DNA of 64,000 nucleotides from Auanema rhodensis (taxonomy: Eukaryota > Animalia > Nematoda). This document shows positions 1 to 12,823 of this stretch, in pieces. The notes beneath the pieces are model-generated. The model was given only the letters and a program-made list of their open reading frames with translations. It was not told the DNA's origin and did no database searches. How positions within the stretch are numbered: position 1 is the stretch's first letter; every line of letters starts with the position of its first letter. Location: positions 2,976,001-3,040,000 of the forward strand of contig OZ059898.1 of NCBI GenBank assembly GCA_964057225.1. Direction: 5' to 3'. Position numbers and translations under genes: made by a program.

Positions 1-52
1 ACTAATTTTTGTATTAAGCTTTTCTCAATGTAGTATAGTGCATTCGATGCGG

Positions 53-103
53 ATTTTTAAGCTGCGTCGATCTGTGTTATCAGATTTGCGCTAGCTTAAA
101 AAT
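53..103. repeat. Monomer dyad 1: long imperfect inverted repeat (in every full monomer)
   Basis: ATTTTTAAGCT (53-63) pairs with AGCTTAAAAAT (93-103). Inner GCG/CGC and ATCTG (70-74)/CAGAT (81-85) surround a TGTTAT loop. Confidence 0.9.
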
Positions 104-120
104 GCACCGAGATATCAACT

Positions 121-142
121 GATATAAGTTCACACTTATATC
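121..142. repeat. Monomer dyad 2: perfect 9-bp stem with 4-nt loop
   Basis: GATATAAGT-TCAC-ACTTATATC. Confidence 0.92.
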
Positions 143-244
143 CTCGATTTTCACCCTGAAGAATTAATTTTCTCGTTGAATAACATTGTCCATCGTCTCT
201 GCCTTGAAAAAAGGAATCTAAAAACATCTACTTTTTGCTAAATT

Positions 245-279
245 ATTTTGAAATTTTTCGAAAAAATTTTTGTCAAAAT
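245..279. repeat. Monomer dyad 3: A/T-tract palindrome
   Basis: Perfect 12-bp palindrome TTTTTCGAAAAA (254-265), flanked by ATTTTGA (245-251) and TCAAAAT (273-279). Confidence 0.88.
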
Positions 280-643
280 GTTTTTGGAAGCAATGTTGAG
301 TGTACATGGAAACTCAACTTACACTAATGCATCATTTTTCAAACAATCATAACTAATTTTTGTATTAAGCTTTTCTCAATGTAGTATAGTGCATTCGATG
401 CGGATTTTTAAGCTGCGTCGATCTGTGTTATCAGATTTGCGCTAGCTTAAAAATGCACCGAGATATCAACTGATATAAGTTCACACTTATATCCTCGATT
501 TTCACCCTGAAGAATTAACTTTTTCGTTGAATAACATTGTCTATCGTCTTTGCCTTGAAAAATGGAATCTAAAAACATCTACTTTTTGGTAAATTATTTT
601 GAAATTTTTCGAAAAAATTTTTGTCAAAATGTTTTTGGAAGCA

Positions 644-671
644 ATGTTGAGTGTACATGGAAACTCAACAT
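644..671. repeat. Monomer dyad 4 (monomer positions 293-320): 9-bp stem, 10-nt loop
   Basis: ATGTTGAGT-GTACATGGAA-ACTCAACAT, shown in monomer 2 because monomer 1 has an A>T variant in the right arm. Confidence 0.9.
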
Positions 672-3600
672 ACACTAATGCATCATTTTTCTAACGATCA
701 TAACTAATTTTTGTATTAAGCTTTTCTCAATGTAGTATAGTGCATTCGATGCGGACTTTTAAGCTGCGTCGATCTGTGTTATCAGATTTGCGCTAGCTTA
801 AAAATGCACCGAGATATCAACTGATATAAGTTCACACTTATATCCTCGATTTTCACCCTGAAGAATTAATTTTCTCGTTGAATAACATTGTCCATCGTCT
901 TTGCCTTGAAAAAAGGAATCTAAAAACATCTACTTTTTGCTAAATTATTTTGAAATTTTTCGAAAAAATTTTTGTCAAAATGTTTTTGGAAGCAATGTTG
1001 AGTGTACATGGAAACTCAACATACACTAATGCATCATTTTTCAAACGATCATAACTAATTTTTGTATCAAGTTTTTCTCAATGTAGTATAGTGCATTCGA
1101 TGCGGATTTTTAAGCTGCGTCGATCTGTGTTATCAGATTTGCGCTAGCTTAAAAATGCACCGAGATATCAACTGATATAAGTTCACACTTATATCTTCGA
1201 TTTTCACCCTGAAGAATTAATTTTCTCGTTGAATAACATTGTCCATCGTCTTTGCCTTGAAAAAAGGAATCTAAAAACATCTACTTTTTGCTAAATTATT
1301 CTGAAATTTTTCGAAAAAATTTTTGTCAAAATGTTTTTGGAAGCAATGTTGAGTGTACATGGAAACTCAACATACACTAATGCATCATTTTTCAAACGAT
1401 CATAACTAATTTTTGTATTAAGCTTTTCTCAATGTAGTATAGTGCATTCGATGCGGATTTTTAAGCTGCGTCGATCTGTGTTATCAGATTTGCGCTAGCT
1501 TAAAAATGCACCGAGATATCAACTGATATAAGTTCACACTTATATCCTCGATTTTCACCCTGAAGAATTAACTTTTTCGTTGAATAACATTGTCTATCGT
1601 CTTTGCCTTGAAAAATGGAATCTAAAAACATCTACTTTTTGCTAAATTATTTTGAAATTTTTCGAAAAAATTTTTGTCAAAATGTTTTTGGAAGCAATGT
1701 TGAGTGTACATGGAAACTCAACATACACTAATGCATCATTTTTCAAACGATCATAACTAATTTTTGTATTAAGCTTTTCTCAATGTAGTATAGTGCATTC
1801 GATGCGGATTTTTAAGCTGCGTCGATCTGTGTTATCAGATTTGCGCTAGCTTAAAAATGCACCGAGATATCAACTGATATAAGTTCACACTTATATCCTC
1901 GATTTTCACCCTGAAGAATTAACTTTTTCGTTGAATAACATTGTCTATCGTCTTTGCCTTGAAAAATGGAATCTAAAAACATCTACTTTTTGCTAAATTA
2001 TTTTGAAATTTTTCGAAAAAATTTTTGTCAAAATGTTTTTGGAAGCAATGTTGAGTGTACATGGAAACTCAACTTACACTAATGCATCATTTTTCAAACG
2101 ATCATAACTAATTTTTGTATTAAGCTTTTCTCAATGTAGTATAGTGCATTCGATGCGGATTTTTAAGCTGCGTCGATCTGTGTTATCAGATTTGCGCTAG
2201 CTTAAAAATGCACCGAGATATCAACTGATATAAGTTCACACTTATATCCTCGATTTTCACCCTGAAGAATTAACTTTTTCGTTGAATAACATTGTCTATC
2301 GTCTTTGCCTTGAAAAATGGAATCTAAAAACATCTACTTTTTGCTAAATTATTTTGAAATTTTTCGAAAAAATTTTTGTCAAAATGTTTTTGGAAGCAAT
2401 GTTGAGTGTACATGGAAACTCAACTTACACTAATGCATCATTTTTCAAACGATCATAACTAATTTTTGTATTAAGCTTTTCTCAATGTAGTATAGTGCAT
2501 TCGATGCGGATTTTTAAGCTGCGTCGATCTGTGTTATCAGATTTGCGCTAACTTAAAAATGCACCGAGATATCAACTGATATAAGTTCACACTTATATCC
2601 TCGATTTTCACCCTGAAGAATTAACTTTTTCGTTGAATAACATTGTCTATCGTCTTTGCCTTGAAAAATGGAATCTAAAAACATCTACTTTTTGGTAAAT
2701 TATTTTGAAATTTTTCGAAAAAATTTTTGTCAAAATGTTTTTGGAAGCAATGTTGAGTGTACATGGAAACTCAACATACACTAATGCATCATTTTTCTAA
2801 CGATCATAACTAATTTTTGTATTAAGCTTTTCTCAATGTAGTATAGTGCATTCGATGCGGATTTTTAAGCTGCGTCGATCTGTGTTATCAGATTTGCGCT
2901 AGCTTAAAAATGCACCGAGATATCAACTGATATAAGTTCACACTTATATCCTCGATTTTCACCCTGAAGAATTAATTTTCTCGTTGAATAACATTGTCCA
3001 TCGTCTCTGCCTTGAAAAAAGGAATCTAAAAACATCTACTTTTTGCTAAATTATTTTGAAATTTTTCGAAAAAATTTTTGTCAAAATGTTTTTGGAAGCA
3101 ATGTTGAGTGTACATGGAAACTCAACATACACTAATGCATCATTTTTCAAACGATCATAACTAATTTTTGTATCAAGTTTTTCTTAATGTAGTATAGTGC
3201 ATTCGATGCGGATTTTTAAGCTGCGTCGATCTGTGTTATCAGATTTGCGCTAGCTTAAAAATGCACCGAGATATCAACTGATATAAGTTCACACTTATAT
3301 CCTCGATTTTCACCCTGAAGAATTAATTTTCTCGTTGAATAACATTGTCCATCGTCTTTGCCTTGAAAAAAGGAATCTAAAAACATCTACTTTTTGCTAA
3401 ATTATTTTGAAATTTTTCGAAAAAATTTTTGTCAAAATGTTTTTGGAAGCAATGTTGAGTGTACATGGAAACTCAACATACACTAATGCATCATTTTTCA
3501 AACGATCATAACTAATTTTTGTATCAAGCTTTTCTCAATGTAGTATAGTGCATTCGATGCGGATTTTTAAGCTGCGTCGATCTGTGTTATCAGATTTGCG

Positions 3601-6600
3601 CTAGCTTAAAAATGCACCGAGATATCAACTGATATAAGTTCACACTTATATCCTCGATTTTCACCCTGAAGAATTAACTTTTTCGTTGAATAACATTGTC
3701 TATCGTCTTTGCCTTGAAAAATGGAATCTAAAAACATCTACTTTTTGCTAAATTATTTTGAAATTTTTCGAAAAAATTTTTGTCAAAATGTTTTTGGAAG
3801 CAATGTTGAGTGTACATGGAAACTCAACATACACTAATGCATCATTTTTCAAACGATCATAACTAATTTTTGTATTAAGCTTTTCTCAATGTAGTATAGT
3901 GCATTCGATGCGGATTTTTAAGCTGCGTCGATCTGTGTTATCAGATTTGCGCTAGCTTAAAAATGCACCGAGATATCAACTGATATAAGTTCACACTTAT
4001 ATCCTCGATTTTCACCCTGAAGAATTAACTTTTTCGTTGAATAACATTGTCTATCGTCTTTGCCTTGAAAAATGGAATCTAAAAACATCTACTTTTTGCT
4101 AAATTATTTTGAAATTTTTCGAAAAAAGTTTTGTCAAAATGTTTTTGGAAGCAATGTTGAGTGTACATGGAAACTCAACATACACTAATGCATCATTTTT
4201 CAAACGATCATAACTAATTTTTGTATTAAGCTTTTCTCAATGTAGTATAGTGCATTCGATGCGGATTTTTAAGCTGCGTCGATCTGTGTTATCAGATTTG
4301 CGCTAGCTTAAAAATGCACCGAGATATCAACTGATATAAGTTCACACTTATATCCTCGATTTTCACCCTGAAGAATTAACTTTTTCGTTGAATAACATTG
4401 TCTATCGTCTTTGCCTTGAAAAATGGAATCTAAAAACATCTACTTTTTGCTAAATTATTTTGAAATTTTTCGAAAAAATTTTTGTCAAAATGTTTTTGGA
4501 AGCAATGTTGAGTGTACATGGAAACTCAACATACACTAATGCATCATTTTTCAAACGATCATAACTAATTTTTGTATTAAGCTTTTCTCAATGTAGTATA
4601 GTGCATTCGATGCGGATTTTTAAGCTGCGTCGATCTGTGTTATCAGATTTGCGCTAGCTTAAAAATGCACCGAGATATCAACTGATATAAGTTCACACTT
4701 ATATCCTCGATTTTCACCCTGAAGAATTAACTTTTTCGTTGAATAACATTGTCTATCGTCTTTGCCTTGAAAAATGGAATCTAAAAACATCTACTTTTTG
4801 CTAAATTATTTTGAAATTTTTCGAAAAAATTTTTGTCAAAATGTTTTTGGAAGCAATGTTGAGTGTACATGGAAACTCAACATACACTAATGCATCATTT
4901 TTCAAACGATCATAACTAATTTTTGTATTAAGCTTTTCTCAATGTAGTATAGTGCATTCGATGCGGATTTTTAAGCTGCGTCGATCTGTGTTATCAGATT
5001 TGCGCTAGCTTAAAAATGCACCGAGATATCAACTGATATAAGTTCACACTTATATCCTCGATTTTCACCCTGAAGAATTAACTTTTTCGTTGAATAACAT
5101 TGTCTATCGTCTTTGCCTTGAAAAATGGAATCTAAAAACATCTACTTTTTGCTAAATTATTTTGAAATTTTTCGAAAAAATTTTTGTCAAAATGTTTTTG
5201 GAAGCAATGTTGAGTGTACATGGAAACTCAACATACACTAATGCATCATTTTTCAAACGATCATAACTAATTTTTGTATTAAGCTTTTCTCAATGTAGTA
5301 TAGTGCATTCGATGCGGATTTTTAAGCTGCGTCGATCTGTGTTATCAGATTTGCGCTAGCTTAAAAATGCACCGAGATATCAACTGATATAAGTTCACAC
5401 TTATATCCTCGATTTTCACCCTGAAGAATTAACTTTTTCGTTGAATAACATTGTCTATCGTCTTTGCCTTGAAAAATGGAATCTAAAAACATCTACTTTT
5501 TGCTAAATTATTTTGAAATTTTTCGAAAAAATTTTTGTCAAAATGTTTTTGGAAGCAATGTTGAGTGTACATGGAAACTCAACATACACTAATGCATCAT
5601 TTTTCAAACGATCATAACTAATTTTTGTATTAAGCTTTTCTCAATGTAGTATAGTGCATTCGATGCGGATTTTTAAGCTGCGTCGATCTGTGTTATCAGA
5701 TTTGCGCTAGCTTAAAAATGCACCGAGATATCAACTGATATAAGTTCACACTTATATCCTCGATTTTCACCCTGAAGAATTAACTTTTTCGTTGAATAAC
5801 ATTGTCTATCGTCTTTGCCTTGAAAAATGGAATCTAAAAACATCTACTTTTTGCTAAATTATTTTGAAATTTTTCGAAAAAATTTTTGTCAAAATGTTTT
5901 TGGAAGCAATGTTGAGTGTACATGGAAACTCAACATACACTAATGCATCATTTTTCAAACGATCATAACTAATTTTTGTATTAAGCTTTTCTCAATGTAG
6001 TATAGTGCATTCGATGCGGATTTTTAAGCTGCGTCGATCTGTGTTATCAGATTTGCGCTAGCTTAAAAATGCACCGAGATATCAACTGATATAAGTTCAC
6101 ACTTATATCCTCGATTTTCACCCTGAAGAATTAACTTTTTCGTTGAATAACATTGTCTATCGTCTTTGCCTTGAAAAATGGAATCTAAAAACATCTACTT
6201 TTTGCTAAATTATTTTGAAATTTTTCGAAAAAATTTTTGTCAAAATGTTTTTGGAAGCAATGTTGAGTGTACATGGAAACTCAACATACACTAATGCATC
6301 ATTTTTCAAACGATCATAACTAATTTTTGTATTAAGCTTTTCTCAATGTAGTATAGTGCATTCGATGCGGATTTTTAAGCTGCGTCGATCTGTGTTATCA
6401 GATTTGCGCTAGCTTAAAAATGCACCGAGATATCAACTGATATAAGTTCACACTTATATCCTCGATTTTCACCCTGAAGAATTAACTTTTTCGTTGAATA
6501 ACATTGTTTATCGTCTTTGCCTTGAAAAATGGAATCTAAAAACATCTACTTTTTGCTAAATTATTTTGAAATTTTTCGAAAAAATTTTTGTCAAAATGTT

Positions 6601-9600
6601 TTTGGAAGCAATGTTGAGTGTACATGGAAACTCAACATACACTAATGCATCATTTTTCAAACGATCATAACTAATTTTTGTATCAAGTTTTTCTCAATGT
6701 AGTATAGTGCATTCGATGCGGATTTTTAAGCTGCGTCGATCTGTGTTATCAGATTTGCGCTAGCTTAAAAATGCACCGAGATATCAACTGATATAAGTTC
6801 ACACTTATATCCTCGATTTTCACCCTGAAGAATTAATTTTCTCGTTGAATAACATTGTCCATCGTATTTGCCTTGAAAAAAGGAATCTAAAAACATCTAC
6901 TTTTTGCTAAATTATTTTGAAATTTTTCGAAAAAATTTTTGTCAAAATGTTTTTGGAAGCAATGTTGAGTGTACATGGAAACTCAACATACACTAATGCA
7001 TCATTTTTCAAACGATCATAACTAATTTTTGTATTAAGCTTTTCTCAATGTAGTATAGTGCATTCGATGCGGATTTTTAAGCTGCGTCGATCTGTGTTAT
7101 CAGATTTGCGCTAGCTTAAAAATGCACCGAGATATCAACAGATATAAGTTCACACTTATATCCTCGATTTTCACCCTGAAGAATTAACTTTTTCGTTGAA
7201 TAACATTGTCTATCGTCTTTGCCTTGAAAAATGGAATCTAAAAACATCTACTTTTTGCTAAATTATTTTGAAATTTTTCGAAAAAATTTTTGTCAAAATG
7301 TTTTTGGAAGCAATGTTGAGTGTACATGGAAACTCAACATACACTAATGCATCATTTTTCAAACGATCATAACTAATTTTTGTATTAAGCTTTTCTCAAT
7401 GTAGTATAGTGCATTCGATGCGGATTTTTAAGCTGCGTCGATCTGTGTTATCAGATTTGCGCTAGCTTAAAAATGCACCGAGATATCAACTGATATAAGT
7501 TCACACTTATATCCTCGATTTTCACCCTGAAGAATTAACTTTTTCGTTGAATAACATTGTCTATCGTCTTTGCCTTGAAAAATGGAATCTAAAAACATCT
7601 ACTTTTTGCTAAATTATTTTGAAATTTTTCGAAAAAATTTTTGTCAAAATGTTTTTGGAAGCAATGTTGAGTGTACATGGAAACTCAACATACACTAATG
7701 CATCATTTTTCAAACGATCATAACTAATTTTTGTATTAAGCTTTTCTCAATGTAGTATAGTGCATTCGATGCGGATTTTTAAGCTGCGTCGATCTGTGTT
7801 ATCAGATTTGCGCTAGCTTAAAAATGCACCGAGATATCAACTGATATAAGTTCACACTTATATCCTCGATTTTCACCCTGAAGAATTAACTTTTTCGTTG
7901 AATAACATTGTCTATCGTCTTTGCCTTGAAAAATGGAATCTAAAAACATCTACTTTTTGCTAAATTATTTTGAAATTTTTCGAAAAAATTTTTGTCAAAA
8001 TGTTTTTGGAAGCAATGTTGAGTGTACATGGAAACTCAACATACACTAATGCATCATTTTTCAAACGATCATAACTAATTTTTGTATTAAGCTTTTCTCA
8101 ATGTAGTATAGTGCATTCGATGCGGATTTTTAAGCTGCGTCGATCTGTGTTATCAGATTTGCGCTAGCTTAAAAATGCACCGAGATATCAACTGATATAA
8201 GTTCACACTTATATCCTCGATTTTCACCCTGAAGAATTAACTTTTTCGTTGAATAACATTGTCTATCGTCCTTGCCTTGAAAAATGGAATCTAAAAACAT
8301 CTACTTTTTGCTAAATTATTTTGAAATTTTTCGAAAAAATTTTTGTCAAAATGTTTTTGGAAGCAATGTTGAGTGTACATGGAAACTCAACATACACTAA
8401 TGCATCATTTTTCAAACGATCATAACTAATTTTTGTATTAAGCTTTTCTCAATGTAGTATAGTGCATTCGATGCGGATTTTTAAGCTGCGTCGATCTGTG
8501 TTATCAGATTTGCGCTAGCTTAAAAATGCACCGAGATATCAACTGATATAAGTTCACACTTATATCCTCGATTTTCACCCTGAAGAATTAACTTTTTCGT
8601 TGAATAACATTGTCTATCGTCTTTGCCTTGAAAAATGGAATCTAAAAACATCTACTTTTTGGTAAATTATTTTGAAATTTTTCGAAAAAATTTTTGTCAA
8701 AATGTTTTTGGAAGCAATGTTGAGTGTACATGGAAACTCAACATACACTAATGCATCATTTTTCTAACGATCATAACTAATTTTTGTATTAAGCTTTTCT
8801 CAATGTAGTATAGTGCATTCGATGCGGATTTTTAAGCTGCGTCGATCTGTGTTATCAGATTTGCGCTAGCTTAAAAATGCACCGAGATATCAACTGATAT
8901 AAGTTCACACTTATATCCTCGATTTTCACCCTGAAGAATTAATTTTCTCGTTGAATAACATTGTCCATCGTCTTTGCCTTGAAAAAAGGAATCTAAAAAC
9001 ATCTACTTTTTGCTAAATTATTTTGAAATTTTTCGAAAAAATTTTTGTCAAAATGTTTTTGGAAGCAATGTTGAGTGTACATGGAAACTCAACATACACT
9101 AATGCATCATTTTTCAAACGATCATAACTAACTTTTGTATTAAGCTTTTCTCAATGTAGTATAGTGCATTCGATGGGGATTTTTAAGCTGCGTCGATCTG
9201 TGTTATCAGATTTGCGCTAGCTTAAAAATGCACCGAGATATCAACTGATATAAGTTCACACTTATATCCTCGATTTTCACCCTGAAGAATTAACTTTTTC
9301 GTTGAATAACATTGTCTATCGTCTTTGCCTTGAAAAATGGAATCTAAAAACATCTACTTTTTGCTAAATTATTTTGAAATTTTTCGAAAAAATTTTTGTC
9401 AAAATGTTTTTGGAAGCAATGTTGAGTGTACATGGAAACTCAACATACACTAATGCATCATTTTTCAAACGATCATAACTAATTTTTGTATTAAGCTTTT
9501 CTCAATGTAGTATAGTGCATTCGATGCGGATTTTCAAGCTGCGTCGATCTGTGTTATCAGATTTGCGCTAGCTTAAAAATGCACCGAGATATCAACTGAT

Positions 9601-12600
9601 ATAAGTTCACACTTATATCCTCGATTTTCACCCTGAAGAATTAACTTTTTCGTTGAATAACATTGTCTATCGTCTTTGCCTTGAAAAATGGAATCTAAAA
9701 ACATCTACTTTTTGGTAAATTATTTGGAAATTTTTCGAAAAAATTTTTGTCAAAATGTTTTTGGAAGCAATGTTGAGTGTACATGGAAACTCAACATACA
9801 CTAATGCATCATTTTTCTAACGATCATAACTAATTTTTGTATTAAGCTTTTCTCAATGTAGTATAGTGCATTCGATGCGGATTTTTAAGCTGCGTCGATC
9901 TGTGTTATCAGATTTGCGCTAGCTTAAAAATGCACCGAGATATCAACTGATATAAGTTCACACTTATATCCTCGATTTTCACCCTGAAGAATTAATTTTC
10001 TCGTTGAATAACATTGTCCATCGTCTTTGCCTTGAAAAAAGGAATCTAAAAACATCTACTTTTTGCTAAATTATTTTGAAATTTTTCGAAAAAATTTTTG
10101 TCAAAATGTTTTTGGAAGCAATGTTGAGTGTACATGGAAACTCAACATACACTAATGCATCATTTTTCAAACGATCATAACTAATTTTTGTATCAAGTTT
10201 TTCTCAATGTAGTATAGTGCATTCGATGCGGATTTTTAAGCTGCGTCGATCTGTGTTATCAGATTTGCGCTAGCTTAAAAATGCACCGAGATATCAACTG
10301 ATATAAGTTCACACTTATATCCTCGATTTTCACCCTGAAGAATTAATTTTCTCGTTGAATAACATTGTCCATCGTCTTTGCCTTGAAAAAAGGAATCTAA
10401 AAACATCTACTTTTTGCTAAATTATTTTGAAATTTTTCGAAAAAATTTTTGTCAAAATGTTTTTGGAAGCAATGTTGAGTGTACATGGAAACTCAACTTA
10501 CACTAATGCATCATTTTTCAAACGATCATAACTAATTTTTGTATTAAGCTTTTCTCAATGTAGTATAGTGCATTCGATGCGGATTTTCAAGCTGCGTCGA
10601 TCTGTGTTATCAGATTTGCGCTAGCTTAAAAATGCACCGAGATATCAACTGATATAAGTTCACACTTATATCCTCGATTTTCACCCTGAAGAATTAACTT
10701 TTTCGTTGAATAACATTATCTATCGTCTTTGCCTTGAAAAATGGAATCTAAAAACATCTACTTTTTGCTAAATTATTTTGAAATTTTTCGAAAAAATTTT
10801 TGTCAAAATGTTTTTGGAAGCAATGTTGAGTGTACATGGAAACTCAACATACACTAATGCATCATTTTTCAAACGATCATAACTAATTTTTCTATTAAGC
10901 TTTTCTCAATGTAGTATAGTGCATTCGATGCGGATTTTTAAGCTGCGTCGATCTGTGTTATCAGATTTGCGCTAGCTTAAAAATGCACCGAGATATCAAC
11001 TGATATAAGTTCACACTTATATCCTCGATTTTCACCCTGAAGAATTAACTTTTTCGTTGAATAACATTGTCTATCGTCTTTGCCTTGAAAAATGGAATCT
11101 AAAAACATCTACTTTTTGCTAAATTATTCTGAAATTTTTCGAAAAAATTTTTGTCAAAATGTTTTTGGAAGCAATGTTGAGTGTACATGGAAACTCAACA
11201 TACACTAATGCATCATTTTTCAAACGATCATAACTAATTTTTGTATTAAGCTTTTCTCAATGTAGTATAGTGCATTCGATGCGGATTTTTAAGCTGCGTC
11301 GATCTGTGTTATCAGATTTGCGCTAGCTTAAAAATGCACCGAGATATCAACTGATATAAGTTCACACTTATATCCTCGATGTTCACCCTGAAGAATTAAC
11401 TTTTTCGTTGAATAACATTGTCTATCGTCTTTGCCTTGAAAAATGGAATCTAAAAACATCTACTTTTTGGTAAATTATTTTGAAATTTTTCGAAAAGATT
11501 TTTGTCAAAATGTTTTTGGAAGCAATGTTGAGTGTACATGGAAACTCAACATACACTAATGCATCATTTTTCTAACGATCATAACTAATTTTTGTATTAA
11601 GCTTTTCTCAATGTAGTATAGTGCATTCGATGCGGATTTTTAAGCTGCGTCGATCTGTGTTATCAGATTTGCGCTAGCTTAAAAATGCACCGAGATATCA
11701 ACTGATACAAGTTCACACTTATATCCTCGATTTTCACCCTGAAGAAATAATTTTTTCGTTGAATAACATTGTCCATCGTCTTTGCCTTGAAAAAAGGAAT
11801 CTAAAAACATCTACTTTTTGCTAAATTATTTTGAAATTTTTCGAAAAAATTTTTGTCAAAATGTTTTTGGAAGCAATGTTGAGTGTACATGGAAACTCAA
11901 CATACACTAATGCATCATTTTTCAAACGATCATAACTAATTTTTGTATCAATCGTTTCTCAATGTAGTATAGTGCATTCGATGCGGATTTTTAAGCTGCG
12001 TCGATCTATGTTATCAGATTTGCGCTAGCTTAAAAATGCACCGAGATATCAACTGATATAAGTTCACACTTATATCCTCGATTTTCACCCTGAAGAATTA
12101 ACTTTTTCGTTGAATAACATTGTCTATCGTCTTTGCCTTGAAGAATGGAATCTAAAAACATCTACTTTTTGCTAAATTATTTTGAAATTTTTCAAAAAAA
12201 TTTTTGTCAAAATGTTTTTGGAAGCAATGTTGAGTGTACATGGAAACTCAACATACACTAATGCATCATTTTTCAAACGATCATAACTAATTTTTGTATC
12301 AAGCGTTTCTCAATGTAGTATAGTGCATTCGATGCGGATTTTTAAGCTGCGTCGATCTGTGTTATCAGATTTGCGCTAGCTTAAAAATGCACCGAGATAT
12401 CAACTGATATAAGTTCACACTTATATCCTCGATTTTCACCCTGAAGAATTAACTTTTTCGTTGAATAACATTGTCTATCGTCTTTGCCTTGAAAAATGGA
12501 ATCTAAAAACATCTACTTTTTGCTAAATTATTTTGAAATTTTTCGAAAAAATTTTTGTCAAAATGTTTTTGGAAGCAATGTTGAGTGTACATGGAAACTC

Positions 12601-12804
12601 AACATACACTAATGCATCATTTTTCAAACGATCATAACTAATTTTTGTATTAAGCTTTTCTCAATGTAGTATAGTGCATTCGATGCGGATTTTTAAGCTG
12701 CGTCGATCTGTGTTATCAGATTTGCGCTAGCTTAAAAATGCACCGAGATATCAACTGATATAAGTTCACACTTATATCCTCGATTTTCACCCTGAAGAAT
12801 TAAC

Positions 12805-12823
12805 ATTGCTTCCAAAAACATTG
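12805..12823. other. 19-bp templated insertion at the left inversion junction
   Basis: 12802-12835 reads AACATTGCTTCCAAAAACATTGCTCAACATTGCT. AACATTGCT occurs three times (12802, 12817, 12827), all copied from the start of the adjacent inverted segment. Confidence 0.92.

Larger units (their letters stand above)
1..12804 (+). repeat. 351-bp tandem satellite, forward block 1 (~36.5 monomers)
   Basis: ACTAATTTTTGTA recurs at 1, 352, ... 7021 (=1+20x351) and 12637 (=1+36x351), so the register is exact with no net indels. The block ends at monomer position 168 (...GAAGAATTAAC). Confidence 0.99.

Noticed and set aside
1-351. Tandem 5S rRNA, tRNA, snRNA or spliced-leader RNA gene unit
   Set aside because: I recognise no cloverleaf, 5S or SL sequence, and there is no covariation in the stems. 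An Rfam/Infernal search would be needed to exclude this formally.
1-351. Monomer as a dimer of ~175-bp subunits
   Set aside because: I see no alignable similarity between the two halves by eye.
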